DNA from: Rhynchobatus australiae
Lineage: Eukaryota
NCBI GenBank assembly: GCA_034780895.1
Contig: JAUZTB010000072.1
Location: 20,616,535 to 20,680,379, forward strand
DNA length: 63,845 nt
Reading direction: 5' to 3'
This document shows positions 13,016 through 25,079 of the stretch, one piece after another. Each line of letters starts with the position of its first letter. The first letter of the stretch is position 1. The notes under the pieces are model-generated. The model saw nothing but the letters and a program-made list of their open reading frames with translations. It was not told where the DNA came from and searched no databases. Made by a program: the position numbers and the translations under genes.

Positions 13016-13294
13016 CAGGCCGCCTCTGGGTTACAGACGCACATGGACACCTGTACATATGAATGAGTTCTTGTAATATTATTAAATTCAAAAGTTCACC
13101 GCGTGTTCTCTCTCTTCACTTTTAGTAATTGTTCTTTCAAATCAGTCTTATATCTGTTTGATGCCATTTATTACAATACCATGGAGGTATCGTTACTATA
13201 TCTAGTGATTTTTGTGTATTTTCTGACTTATGGACAAAATCGACTTACGGACATCTGTGAAAATGGAACGTGTTCATTACTTGGGGATGGCCAG
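13016..13294. mobile_element. Tigger/pogo-like (Tc1/mariner superfamily) MITE
   Basis: Degenerate TIRs CAGGCCGCCTCTGGGTTACAGAC and CTGGCCATCCCCAAGTAATGAAC (reverse complement) differ mostly by transitions. Flanks are TA on the right and CA on the left. Internal GACTTA(C/T)GGACA subterminal repeats are present. Confidence 0.55.
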
Positions 13295-13329
13295 TACGTA
13301 TAACAGCTCATTATAAAAGAGGAAACAAA

Positions 13330-13620
13330 TGTATCACTTTTATACAGTGTCTTTTATAACCTCAGAATATTGCAAAGTGTTTTATATCCAAAATTTATAT
13401 AATTGCCGGAAAGAATGAAACAGGCAATTTCTGCAGAGCCATTTCCTATAAGCTGCACTGGGAGAAATGGCGACTTGGTTTCAGTGATGTAAATTTATGC
13501 ATAAATGCTGGGCAGCATAGAGAAGAGCAATGTTCCTTCCGCACAAGGAGAAAAAGGGGTCTTGTTAAACATTTCATCTGAAAGACAGTGGCCTGGAAAT
13601 GACATTGCCTACTGCAACAT
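13330..13620 (-). mobile_element. DeuSINE/SacSINE1-like SINE, decayed
   Basis: L2-like tail (TTTATACAGTGTCTTTTATAACCTCAG..CAAAGTGTTTTA) plus Deu-domain-like blocks (AGTGATGT..ATAAATGCTGG; TTTCATCTGAAAGACAG), matched to remembered consensus. Confidence 0.55.
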
Positions 13621-14269
13621 TTACATACACAAAGAGTTTCCATTATAGAAATTTGAGGCTGTTTTCCTTCCTAACAGGCTAAAAGACAGACACAAGCAGC
13701 AGTGCCTAATGGCATTCAAACCCCACTTGGATACTACTTCTGGGAACAGCATGGGATGTAATCCTCCACAGCACAGGCAAGGCCTACTTCACCCTGGATA
13801 CCAACACTGAGGACACTCTTCCAATAGTATCCTCCTTGTACCCTGACAGTCCCTTACCCAGGTGGTGCTTCCATTTACAAACCCAACATCCCCAACCTCA
13901 TATGATTCAGCGCACATCTTCAGCAGCTGAACCAAATCCCATCCTGCTCCAAGAACTTGATTGTAGGCATGACTCATTTTCCTATTCCCCCCTCCCCCAA
14001 GACTGATATCCGAAACCTACCCAATATCCCAATACCTGCCCTGTGCCCTCCATCTCTCTCCCCCATAATCCTATCATGACTTGGGTCTGTGACCTACTTG
14101 TTTTTCCTCCAGCTGCTCTGCAACAGTGAGCAGAGGCCTCACTTGTTAAACACACAAGACCAATTCTGCAGAACACGATGCTTTGGGCCCAGCACGCAGC
14201 AGAATTTGGCGGAAGCAAGTCTGTCACAGACAGTGAACTTAAAGTGCCTTTCCAGGTACTGATCAGTTT

Positions 14270-14365
14270 CTAGACAACACCCCCCAGAGTGCAATGCTCA
14301 CTCAACACTGGCACATCAGGCTAGATCATGTGGTTCAGATTCTGAAGAACAGCTTGAACCCATTA
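14270..14365 (-). mobile_element. DeuSINE-like SINE head fragment
   Basis: GACAACACC..AGTGCAATGCTC..TCAGGCTAGATCATGTG..CTTGAACCCA, with a B-box-like GGGTTCAAG on the minus strand. Confidence 0.4.
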
Positions 14366-15233
14366 CTAATCCTAACACTCATTTGAAAAAGGGGTGACCC
14401 TCAAAAGCAGGAGCTGCAATAATGCCTTAGGTTAAATTGTTATGAGCTCTGTAATTTGCAAAGAGTATTGCACAGAATTATGCAAAGCAACAGTGTAACA
14501 TCCTAAACAAATATGTGATCTCTTTCATCTGTTTATCTTCACAACTGTGCCCCCTCACTAATGACTCTGGCACTAGTACTCTTGTCGTATTGTCTCTGAT
14601 CTCAATTTTAGACATTAAACTTTTTGTATCTTTTTTTGCATATACAGAAACTACACTGGCTAAATTATCTCCTCCAACATTATCTTTGGAGATGATATAA
14701 AGACACTCAGTTGAGAAATAGTCCAAGCAGGGAAGATTTGCTTTATGTATGTTGTACAGTGAAGTTAGAACTGCATTCCTTAAAATTTGTAATAAGGACC
14801 TTGTTATCGAGGATACACAGAGGAAATCATTCTAGAAGTTTTCAATATTTCTACCTTAGCAGAGGAGCCAAAACCCATCTGTGTTACACTAGCATAGTGT
14901 TTAGCACTGAGTCTGAATTGGCCATTTAATGCAGCCTTTACAATAATAGTTACAGGAATTAATTTATGACATAAGCTTGCTCTCAGATAAACCCAGTAAA
15001 TGTGCAGCAGGAATATTTTTATGTTGAAAGAAGCACTAGAATTTTCATGCTATAACTCATTGTCTTCTAAGACAAAATTATNNNNNNNNNNACTGATAAA
15101 CCTATAAAACCCAAGGCACGTGCCCATTACTTTCTTACCTTTACTCAATTCCTCGTGGGCAAGCAATATTCTACACAAAAGGCTTTTGCTCTTCATTTTG
15201 ATTTTTAAATTAAAAAAGGAACCTATGCCAGTT

Positions 15234-15301
15234 CCCAGTTCTCAATTCTTGAACCTTCCTGATCTACGAGGTTCAGGAAGGTTCAAGAACTGATCATTGG
15301 G
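15234..15301. repeat. Inverted repeat / hairpin
   Basis: Perfect 17-bp arms TTCTTGAACCTTCCTGA (15246-15262) and TCAGGAAGGTTCAAGAA (15273-15289) with a 10-nt loop. Extends to about 29 bp with 4 mismatches. Confidence 0.9.
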
Positions 15302-15600
15302 CCAGACTGATTCCCTGATTTTGGCTGGAACAGCTANNNNNNCAGCTTTAGGTTAGGAAAAAGAAAAGTTGACCAGGGCTCCTGATTGCTATTAGCACAG
15401 TTCCAACTGACACCAACTAACAACAGGATTGGACTCATCTGTAATGTCCCCTGTGTCTGACAGCCTGCCAACACTCACTGACAAGGTTCATCCTTGAATG
15501 AAGCCAGCTGGGTGAAACACTGGAGAGTGATCAGCATCAACAAAACCAAATCCTAATGAGATTCTGTCCATAGGGAGGGAAGAGAATGGAGAAGAAAATT
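15273..15600 (+). mobile_element. Ancient tRNA-derived SINE (AmnSINE2-like), decayed
   Basis: Blocks CAGGAAGGT, CCAGGGCTCCTGATTGCTAT, ACAGGATTGGACTC..CTGTAATG, AGCCTGCCAACACTCACTG and GGAGAAGAAAATT are collinear with my recollection of the AmnSINE2-type consensus. Confidence 0.5.
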
Positions 15601-16619
15601 ACCCCATTAAACTGATAACGCTGCAGAAAATTTTTGTTATTAACATGTTTTGCTCTTAAATCTACAGCCAATTTCTGACTGAACTTTATCATTTTCTATG
15701 ATTTCAATACCACAGATGTTTCATTGAAAAGGCAATTAACTGAAGTCATTGGGCACAAAATTGACCATAACATTGGAAGGGGCCAGGAGTTGGTAACATT
15801 CAATAATGCCAGATTTCATAGGTTTTTCATTTGTACTCATTATGTGTTACTTTCCTTCCCACCCAATAAACATTGTTCAGAGGCGATTTACATATGTCTG
15901 TCCTATGGTTACCACTTTGCATTTATTTGTTGCAGTGGTTCAGGTTCTATTCTAGAAGCACCCATTAATGTTTTCTAACAATGTAATAATTAATTAGCTA
16001 ACACAAAATGCAGATTCAAGATGAAGGAGTCTGAGCTAGCTTATTTCTAGTAACAGAACACCAAGAATACTTTAAATATTATATTCACATGTATCCAAAT
16101 ACCCCACTAATATTTCAGTGCTATTTAGAATACTTGACTATAAAACTTAAATTGTCCAGCATATCTGGTTACTAATGCTAGTGCAGGGAGACATTCTCCT
16201 GCAGTACTTGGCTAGTGTACAAGTCTAGACAGTTCCATCTCTGCTTGTCACTGGAATTGTTTAACAGTCGCTGTCTTTTATTAAAAGCTATACTAGAATA
16301 TTCAAAGCTATTAAAAGACAAATCTCTAATTTTAAAGTGCTGTCTGAATACCAACAAATCTCTGTAAATTGTTCACAAAGAGCAACTTTCTAAAGCTGTG
16401 GAAATTATTCAAAACCATAGAACACAAGTAAAGTGGCTAAAAGAAAATGGTATGGCATTATTTCCTTCCACATTATGCATAACAAAAGAAAACAATTTTC
16501 GGAAGTGGAATGCAATTGGAGCCATTTCCAGACTGAATTAGGCTGCTCCGGAAATTCAGCTGGGCACATCCAGTTGCAATTCACCTCTGTGCATCTGACA
16601 TGACTTCTGCAACATTTAA

Positions 16620-17160
16620 CAAATAATGCTACTCTGATCTTTCTGCCTTTGGCCTCTTACACCTGTTCCAGCCAAGCTCTAATCTTTTGTCTCTGTACAT
16701 TATATCCCTCAGGACTTGATTCAACAATTCCTGCTAACCAGGTCATCAACCAGTACTATTAATTCCAGTTATCCCTCTCCATATACGCTTCCTGACCTGA
16801 GAGTATTTTAACATTTTTGTTTAGATCAAATTTCATGTTTTATATCTCATTATTTCTCTGCTCTCATTCAGCTCCCTCTCTTCCTTCCTTTCATTTCCTT
16901 CACCACAACCTTTTTTTAGCTAGAACCACAACCACTTGTGACAGTCTCTTGGTTTCCACACTATATCACACATTCCTTTTGCTCTCTATCCCTTCCCTTC
17001 CTCTGCAACTTAAAGTGTTCTTGATTTCTAACTTTTTCTTGTTCTGATCATGCGTCATTGACTGGAAACATTTCTTTTCCGCAGATGACTGCCTCACCTG
17101 CTGAGCATTTTGAGCATTATCTGTTTTTATTTCAGATTTCCTGTATCTGCAATTATTGAC
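16620..17160 (+). mobile_element. Two tandem Penelope-like terminal repeat units
   Basis: Pyrimidine-rich tract, degenerate hammerhead block and CCTGACCTG..GAG(T/C)ATTTT..GCATT..TGTTT tail occur twice, with hammerhead positions at about 16731 and 17044. Confidence 0.6.
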
Positions 17161-17298
17161 TGTTGAAATATCATACCCCATGCAATACAAAAATCCGTCC
17201 ACATTTTTTCCAGGGCTGCCAATGAGTATTCTGAGGACAAACAACTCCCATTAACTCCTACTGGTAAACCTTGGACAGATTTTGATGATGATTCTAGT

Positions 17299-17736
17299 TA
17301 TAGAACACAGAACAGTACAGCACAGTATGGGCCCTTTGGCCCACAATGTTGTGCCAACGTATATGAACCTACTCCACGATCAGCCTAACCCTTCCCTCCT
17401 GCACAGCCTATATCCCTCCATTTTTCTTACATCCATGTGCCTATTTATGTGTCTTTTAAATGTTCCTATTGTATCAGCCTCTACCACCACCCCCGGCAGT
17501 GCGTTCCAGGCACCCACCACTCTCTGTAAAAACGTACTTCTGACATCTCCCCTTAAACTTTCCTCCACTCTCCTTAAACTGATGTCCTCTGGTATTGGCC
17601 TTTGCTGCCCTGGGGAAAAGGTGCTGGCTGTCCAATCCATCTATGCCCCTCATAATCTTATACATCTCTATCAAGTTGCCTCTCATCCTGCGTTGCTTCA
17701 AAGGGAGAAGTCCTAGCTCGCTCAACCTTTCCTCTT
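17299..17736 (-). mobile_element. CR1 (HER1-like) LINE 3' end
   Basis: Overlapping frameshifted ORFs ELGLLPLKQRRMRGNLIEMYKIMRGID..LFPR..TRGHQFK and QRVVGAWNALPGVVVEADTIGTFKRHINRHM, then a GGGCCAAAGGGCC..TGTGCTGTACTGTTCT tail. Confidence 0.92.
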
Positions 17737-17749
17737 ATGTTCTAAATGT

Positions 17750-17800
17750 AGTGCGGATGACCAAAAGCTTGGTCACAGAAGTGGGTTTCAACAGGCTGGT
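17750..17800 (-). mobile_element. L2 3' fragment
   Basis: GATGACCAAAAGCTTGGTCACAGAAGTGGGTTT matches the remembered L2 3' block in antisense. Confidence 0.45.
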
Positions 17801-18949
17801 TCTGCCTTAGTAAACTGCCAGGAGGAGGAATGGGGTTGGTAGTGAAAGAATTGAATTTTTGGCCATTATTTTATTGAAGGAAACTGTTCCTCATGTTCGT
17901 TATGGATTTAAGTGACAGACAGTATTTCCATTGTCAAACTTCAGGCAACCCGTCATAGGTGGTAACAAGAAGGAGGCTGCTGGTTAAAAAATGTGGACTG
18001 AGTATTTACTTTAAAATATAGAAGAGAACGATGCAGTTCAGAAAGCAACAATTCTGAGTAAGGCACTACCACAGCAGTCATGGAATTCACTTTCCAGGAA
18101 AATTACTCCGTTCTTTCATATTTCAAAATCCAATCACTAAGAACAGTGTACTCTGCAGTTAATGTCACACAAAGGACCCAGAGAGGGGGAGGAGGATTAC
18201 TCAATAGCTTATCTGTATACTGCTGTGGACAGACTGTCCTGTGAGCAGTGACTGTACTTTAAAGTGCATTCAATGGCTAAATGTCAAGAGACCACATTCA
18301 AGATCAAAGACATTCTACATCATGAAGCTAAGATTAAACATTCTACACTACATACCATCATTTCCCCATTTTGAAAGAAAACTATATCCACAAACACCTT
18401 AAAATTTTGCCGTTTGCAAATTTTCTGTGGCTCGGGGGGTGAAAGTTTTCCTTTAGCTTGCGTAATCAGAAGGGATCAAATGGGAATGCGGTACTGCTGA
18501 CTTTTCCAAGTTATCAACAAGAGGAATTTCATTCGCTGTGTCCAAATCTATTATCGATACTTAGGAAACAACGTTAATGCAAAAAGCAGAATTAATTTCT
18601 ACTAACCTCCTAATCAAATTAATATTATAGCTCAGAAATTCTTCAGTGTCTATATTGTGCAAAATCTTTGTGCAGTGCCCTGGTAGTAATATTCTATTCA
18701 ATGAGGCCAAAAGACATCACACAAAATAAAAAGGCCTGCATGAATAAAACATAGTTCTTTTTCCATTTCTTAATTGTACCATTTCCATTACTTTTCCAAA
18801 TAAAATTCTCTTGAACAATAAAAGAAATAAAATAAATTGCAACTTCTAATTTTAATGTTTGCATATTTACATTTAAACATCTTTTTCATTTCCTAAAATT
18901 CTACAGGCAGCTGAGGTTCTTAATCAGTACTGCACCCAAGCTTAAACCT

Positions 18950-19070
18950 TCCATTGGATCAGAGTTACGTTTCCAAGTCAGGCTCTCCTTGGATACTGCC
19001 TAATCTGGTGAACTTTTCTAACATTTGTTGCTTTTATTCAGATTTCCAACGTCTGCAGCATTTAGTATTA
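18950..19070 (+). mobile_element. Penelope-like terminal repeat fragment
   Basis: GGATACTGCCTAATCTGGTGAAC..AACATT..TTTTATTCAGATTTCCAACGTCTGCAG matches the repeat tail of the other copies. Confidence 0.55.
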
Positions 19071-19889
19071 TTTATAATAAAATATTTATCAATTGCATTT
19101 AACATTGAATGCCATCAGTATAAATTGAAGTAGTGATTGACACTATACTGAAAACATTTAGTATAAACCTAGATGCAGGAAGGTTACTAGATTAAAGGGT
19201 CAGAACTCTCTGGAGGTGAGGCAGTACCTTTCAAGGCTTAATAGAAAGAAATTTAGCAATCCTTCCAAGCTCATGAAATACTGAACATTCTGAACACTTC
19301 ACAATGATGTCATTTATACTGGAGGTTCCATTTGCAAGAAAAAGTAACTTAGAAACCCTTTTGCTGGAAATAAAACTAATCAAGGGAGATTTCCTAACAT
19401 GTCTAGACTGCAAACCATATGGCATGGAATCAGTCAGAATCATACAGTGCAATTAATTATTACGTTAATTTACTACATTTATCTTGGTTTGAATGTGACT
19501 GCAATATTTAAGTAGTACATGGTCTTTTTTGTGAAACATCTAAAACTTCTGAGATTTTAATGACAATGCTGGTAAGAACTGTTCAATACTTCAATAGGAT
19601 ATATGCCATTTATGTATTAAACAAAACTGATACAATTAAATTGGCTTCTTGCCCCATTTTAAATGCAGAATTAAGTTTGAATTGAGTTCTTCTTTCATAT
19701 TTTTTCTTGAAAATAAAAGAACGCTATCTATCTGGAGGCAGCTTTCTTTTCCTTTCTTAACTTTTCAGTCCTTATTAGGTCAAACTGAGTGTAATGCGTT
19801 CATGGTGACAGACTATCATATTGCCAGCCTGTCTGAGAGGCATTGAGCAAACACAACCACTGTAACAGCCAACACTTGGCAATGCCCGA

Positions 19890-19910
19890 GGCAGGCAGGC
19901 AGGCAGGCAA
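19890..19910 (+). repeat. (GGCA)5 microsatellite
   Basis: GGCAGGCAGGCAGGCAGGCA read directly. Confidence 0.9.
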
Positions 19911-22704
19911 ACAGACATTCCGATATGAAACCTGCTTTGAATGTACAGCTGCTTTTGGCTGATCTGTAAACAGACCCTATAAAGGTTCGAAACCTGAACT
20001 CTGGTTGAAAGGAACAGGAAGGTGTCAGTCAATACTTTCTTTTTGTGGTGGTGGGGGCGGAAAGAAAAAGTTTAATACAGCCAACCCCATCTTGAAGTGG
20101 TGTAGTGATTCACACCCTTAAACACAGATCATATTTCTACCCATTTCAGTTCAGTTTCTTTCTTAATCTGGCACTTGAAATGTTTCTCACCATAGCAACC
20201 GACATAACAGTGGGTCCAGGCCAAAGTGTAGCTAGACAAATAGTGCTCATCTCCCAGTAGCAGATGATTTGGAATTTTTTTTTGAACAATATATAAAAGG
20301 AACTGCCCTGAGATTGCCAACTCATTGGGCTTGAAAAGAACTTTGTTCTTTTAATCCTGAAAGAACTCCCGCTGCATTGCAAAAATAACACAAACACTTT
20401 TTTGTAATACCTTCCCACACCTCCCCCAACCTCCCCCTTATCCAGTCAATATTAAAAAGGGGCATTGCTAACAGAAGTTTCCAGTGGCTAAGCCAAACAT
20501 TCCTTTTGGGGGGAAAAAAAACACCCACACAAGAGTATTTAAAATGGGAATGCACTGCGATATTGCAAAGTCTCTTAAAAGCTGATCAAACTGAAATAAT
20601 TCTAAGCCTGGTGTAAAAAGGGCCGTCTTCTGATACTTTGCACACAGTTTAAACTCTTCAAATGTACCATCAGTGAACAGATTATCAAAGGCTATAATGA
20701 CCTTCCATCTCAAATTGGTGGGCCAGTTCCAAAGTATAAAGATTCAAAAACCTGGCTGTTTAACTCCACCCATCACACAACAAAGACAGTGGTGTCCCGT
20801 CCACCCTATCACAGGAGCCTCAGACATGCACAGCGACTTCCCATAATTGGTTGGTTGTCACTTTTGGAGATGAGTCAGTGATTAGCTGGCTCTGAGCCTT
20901 ACATACAAAAGTAATGATTGGACAAAAACTATCCACATTCACAATCACAAGTCTACTTTTAATACTTGCCATAGAATCTCCTCATCAAAAGATGATATCC
21001 TTCTTGACTGTGGAAGTCTGTACTGATGGCATCTTCTGATAGGAATATATTCAGTCTGCAATAAAGTGGAGTCCTCATTGTCTTGTGCTGGCTGGACAGG
21101 CACCAAAAACTTTTGTTGCTGCACTCCACTGGTAAAGTCACCCATGACTGGCTGGGGACATAGCCCACACAGATCCAGGTTGGAAGCTGAAACTTGGAGA
21201 GCAGAAACTGCTTCCGACAACGTGACAGTGGTGGCAGTGGGAGCACCAACTTGTGACACCGGTAGCAGTGCCATGGACAGCATTGTCAGTGCAAGTCTGT
21301 GAACCAGCACCACAGCAGCATTGCATCGGAAGGCAAGACACGCAGTTACGTTCACATTTCCATTTTAATTGCCATTATTAAAAATAGATCATAAACGAAT
21401 GAGTTCACAATATTCACATCTGCTTGATTCCCCACTCCCCCACCACCACAAACAATATTGTTTAAAATGACACGTTTGTGCACTTTGAAAACAAAGACAG
21501 AAGAATAATGGAGCTAATCCAGTTTCTAATTAAACAGTTGTACTCCACCAGGTTAATAAAGTCCTAGTGAAATGTAGGACTATAATACAGCTAGACCAAT
21601 GTCCCAAAAAAAATCTCAAACAATCTGTGTTAAATAGATAGATGATCACATCCATTACATGAAATTCTGTTTTAAAACAGAAAATACATTAAAATGATAT
21701 AGCTTCACTGAAACATTCCTTTGGCGTGGCTTCCATATACAGCAGTCAGCCATTCCAAGCCTATTTTATTAGCCTGGTCTTCTTGGGCTGGCTTTTAGCA
21801 GCACATCCGCTAAAGCCACTCCCTCCTTTTCTGTGGTGGGCGGGGAAGAGTTGGCTCATCTGTACAGGTGCAAAGCGGAGTGTCATCCAGAATCGCAACT
21901 TTAAAAAGTTCATGTTAAGATGGCTCCAGCTAACTTGCCTACTGTAATTTCAAATCACCACGTTGACCACTGTATCCAAACTGACACTATTATGTTGGAG
22001 TTGAGAGGAAACAAGACAAATTTGGTGAGATAGATAATTAAACTTTCTAGCAAGGAACAGGGTTTTTGTTTTGCCCATGAGCAAACTGGAAGCTTTTCAA
22101 ATAGCTGGTTGATGTGTTGCCCTGATTAAAGTTTGTTTTCCATTGAAAATATTTCTATATCCAAGATATTTCCTCCTGGAATTTTAATGAAAAATCATTT
22201 TATTTTGGGTTGATTACAAGAGTATACTGCATATTACATAATGGCTTTAAGTAGAAATGGTTAGGTAATATGATAGGTAGTAGGGAGTCTCGTCTGTTTA
22301 CTACAAAGCACCAGACACAAGAGATAACAAAATGTGCCTGTGTGCATTTCACAGTACAAGATGTTTGAAAATCAAAGGAGACAAACTAATTTGGATGTGG
22401 AATGATCTCAGTCCTACTAGACCCACACCGACAAAGGTAGACTGCACCAATTGCAGAGTTGCTTTGTGACTTGTGACGGGCCTGGTTGACCTATAATTGG
22501 CAGAGAGCGTGACCCAAGCAGATCCAGGTCAAGAGCAGAAAGTAGGATAGCAGAAGTCACTTTCAATAATAGTGGTAGCAATAGCATTGGCAGAGATTCA
22601 GCCTGCAGCATTGGCACTAATGTAGTCTGAAGCACTTTTAGCATCAGGGCTATGAACCAAGGTCACAGCAGGATGCCAGATGCCGAACTTTAAACTGCAA
22701 ACCA

Positions 22705-23040
22705 GGAAGACAGGAATCAACTGCTGCCAGAAGACTCAGTGAAAGTGACCCTACAGTCTGACAGAGATGCACTGGTCTCCCAGCAAAATGAACTATCCCA
22801 TAACCAGGTTGAGGAGAATTGCTCAAGTGAGATGAGACAATGCAAAGGTCCATTAGGAGGACACTGTGCAATGGCACTTCCACCTAACCACAAATTCAGA
22901 GGCTCCAGGGTGTAAAAGTTAACAAAAAAAGATTGCCGTATGACTGGAAATGTGTTGACTAGAGTATTGCTTGTTGTTGCAAAATTTGCATATATGAATT
23001 TTCAATGAAATAAAGTATTTAATTTTGTAAATAATAAAAA
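22705..23040 (+). mobile_element. L1/Tx1-clade LINE 3' end
   Basis: ATCAACTGCTGC (INCC), TCAGTGAAAG and CTGGTCTCCCAG match a decayed Tx1 ORF2 C-terminus. Followed by an AT-rich UTR ending ATGAAATAAAGTAT..A-rich tail. Confidence 0.55.
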
Positions 23041-23439
23041 GTGCTCATTAAATGTAATTTCTCTTCCATGCCAAGATATTTTTTAAGATCACAGTAGGTA
23101 TTCTGCCAGCCTGCAACAGGCTGGGAAAACTGTTACAAACTGTCCACTTGATGGATGGCTTTCCCAGGCAGAGGCTTGGAACCTCAAAGCACCTCGGGCC
23201 AGATCGTGAACAGGAGGTGGTACAATGCAGCCAACTTACTCCATTTCATGCAATGCTTTGGAATCACTGTAAGCTGAACCTGTGCTTGACCACTGTCCAA
23301 AGAGGTACAGGGTTCAGCAGGGGTCACTGAACAGCTATCAAGAATGTTCAGTTCTTCCAGTGATTCCAGCACCATTGCAACTGCCAACTCAGCACGTTCC
23401 AGTATTTCCTTTCTCTTGCGTTCTCATTCATTTCCTTAT

Positions 23440-23705
23440 TAAATTTCTTCTGGACCGATCAGCTATGATTATCACGCCTTCACCGCCCTACCTCAGCACC
23501 ACTTGTGTCTGTTACTCTTCCTGTCTCTGCCTCGTCACATAACCATTTTTCTCTTCACTGCTCCCTTTCTCTGCAGCTTAAAACATCTTTGATTACTAAT
23601 GTTCTGTTTCTTATGAAAGGTTGTCAACCTGGAAAGTTAATTCTGCTTCTCTCTTCACAAATGTTGAGTATTCCCAGCATTTTTTGTTTTTACCTTTTGG
23701 ACCTT
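23440..23705 (+). mobile_element. Penelope-like terminal repeat
   Basis: Pyrimidine-rich tract, degenerate hammerhead block CTTATGAAAGGTTGTCAACCTGGAAAGTTAA (about 23610-23640) and GAGTATTCCCAGCATTTT tail. Confidence 0.65.
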
Positions 23706-25079
23706 TTTAATGTGTAGGGAGTCTAATAAATCAACCACCTCATGAAAAAACTTCTTACTAGCTCAGCTGTCAATGTCGCACTCCCCCCTAACCACCTACT
23801 CACATGCTTACCTTGTACACCACCACTTCATAAATGTTTGAACAGCAGCATTTTTAAAGGAACATACTTGGTTACAGAAATCATTTAATGCATCTGCCCT
23901 GGATTCTTTATAAACTCCAAGAGGCACATCTAAGAGCTTTTAAATATTTTATAAGCAACACAACAGAGTACATCAGTTCTTTGCACTGTAGACATATGGA
24001 AGGATTACTACTGTTAAAATTTTTATGCTGCTTTTGGTAAGATTTATCTCTTCCAGCTCGTACAATCCAAACAACTTCACAGAATAAGCTTTGTGCTTTT
24101 ATGAAGGGAGTCTTGCCAACATTTAAAAATCAAACAGGTGAAAGAATTTGCTGCATTGATGCAATTGGAAATACTTTTAGTTTTTTTTAAAACAGCACAC
24201 GTTGATGGTGTCATCAGGGAAATTGCCTTGTACAACATAAAGAACCCTAATGGTGTGGGGTAACTAGACAGTATTAAAAGACACACCAGGACAATAATAT
24301 CACCACATCTGACATAATTGAAAATACCAAGGCAAAAAGTGAGTTAAGCACATAAAACAATATCCAAGTTTAATTCTCTCTAACTTCAATTTCTTCTACA
24401 TGTATCGTTTAGTTTTGTATCACAGGAATAGCTGAATGAAATTACAGTTCCATCATTGTCATTCCTTTAGAGAAAGGGAAGAAAATTAATAAATCTTTTA
24501 ATTAGCCATTTTAGTAATTGCCCATACTTTTAATTCCACATGGCTCAGGAAGCTAGCAAAACCATTTCACACTGAAAAGCTACTTGGTTTGCTTGCTTTA
24601 AGGACAAAAATCACAGTAAGTTTTATGTTTATTATGACATACATGCAAAGACATTTACTTTTGTTGTATATGTTTTCCTAAGGGTCACGTGTTTCAACTG
24701 GCAGATTTGCTTTTGGTAAAAGGGAAAGAAACCCCAAGAATTGAGATACTGAAAAGTTAAGAAAACTCAAAATTGGCTCAATCAAATCAGTTTTAGAAGT
24801 GTCAGGAGGGATCTTGGGGTGTGAAACTGCATCTGTGGTATGCCTGCACTTTTATAGGTGGAAAATTGGCAAGTGTGTTAATGAGGGCAAACTGAATGTC
24901 TCTAAATACATGTAATTTGCAGATCATTACATCAATCAGAGAGCATTGCCGGAGCTGCCATTTTGGAACTCAAAGCTGCATCAAATGCTCTTCTTTAAAT
25001 AAGTCACTGAGACTCTCTATTCATTATTTTTCATTATTCCTTGTCACAAACAAGCAGGCAGAGCAAACATGACTCTGAG

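Noticed and set aside
15215-15245. Minus-strand TGAGAACTG..CATAGG resembling miR-146
   Set aside because: Only the seed region matches; the middle differs and it is not positioned as an arm of a miR-146-type precursor.
17282-17725. 144-aa + strand ORF and overlapping minus-strand ORFs as genes
   Set aside because: Frameshifted CR1 ORF2 remnant and its antisense frame.
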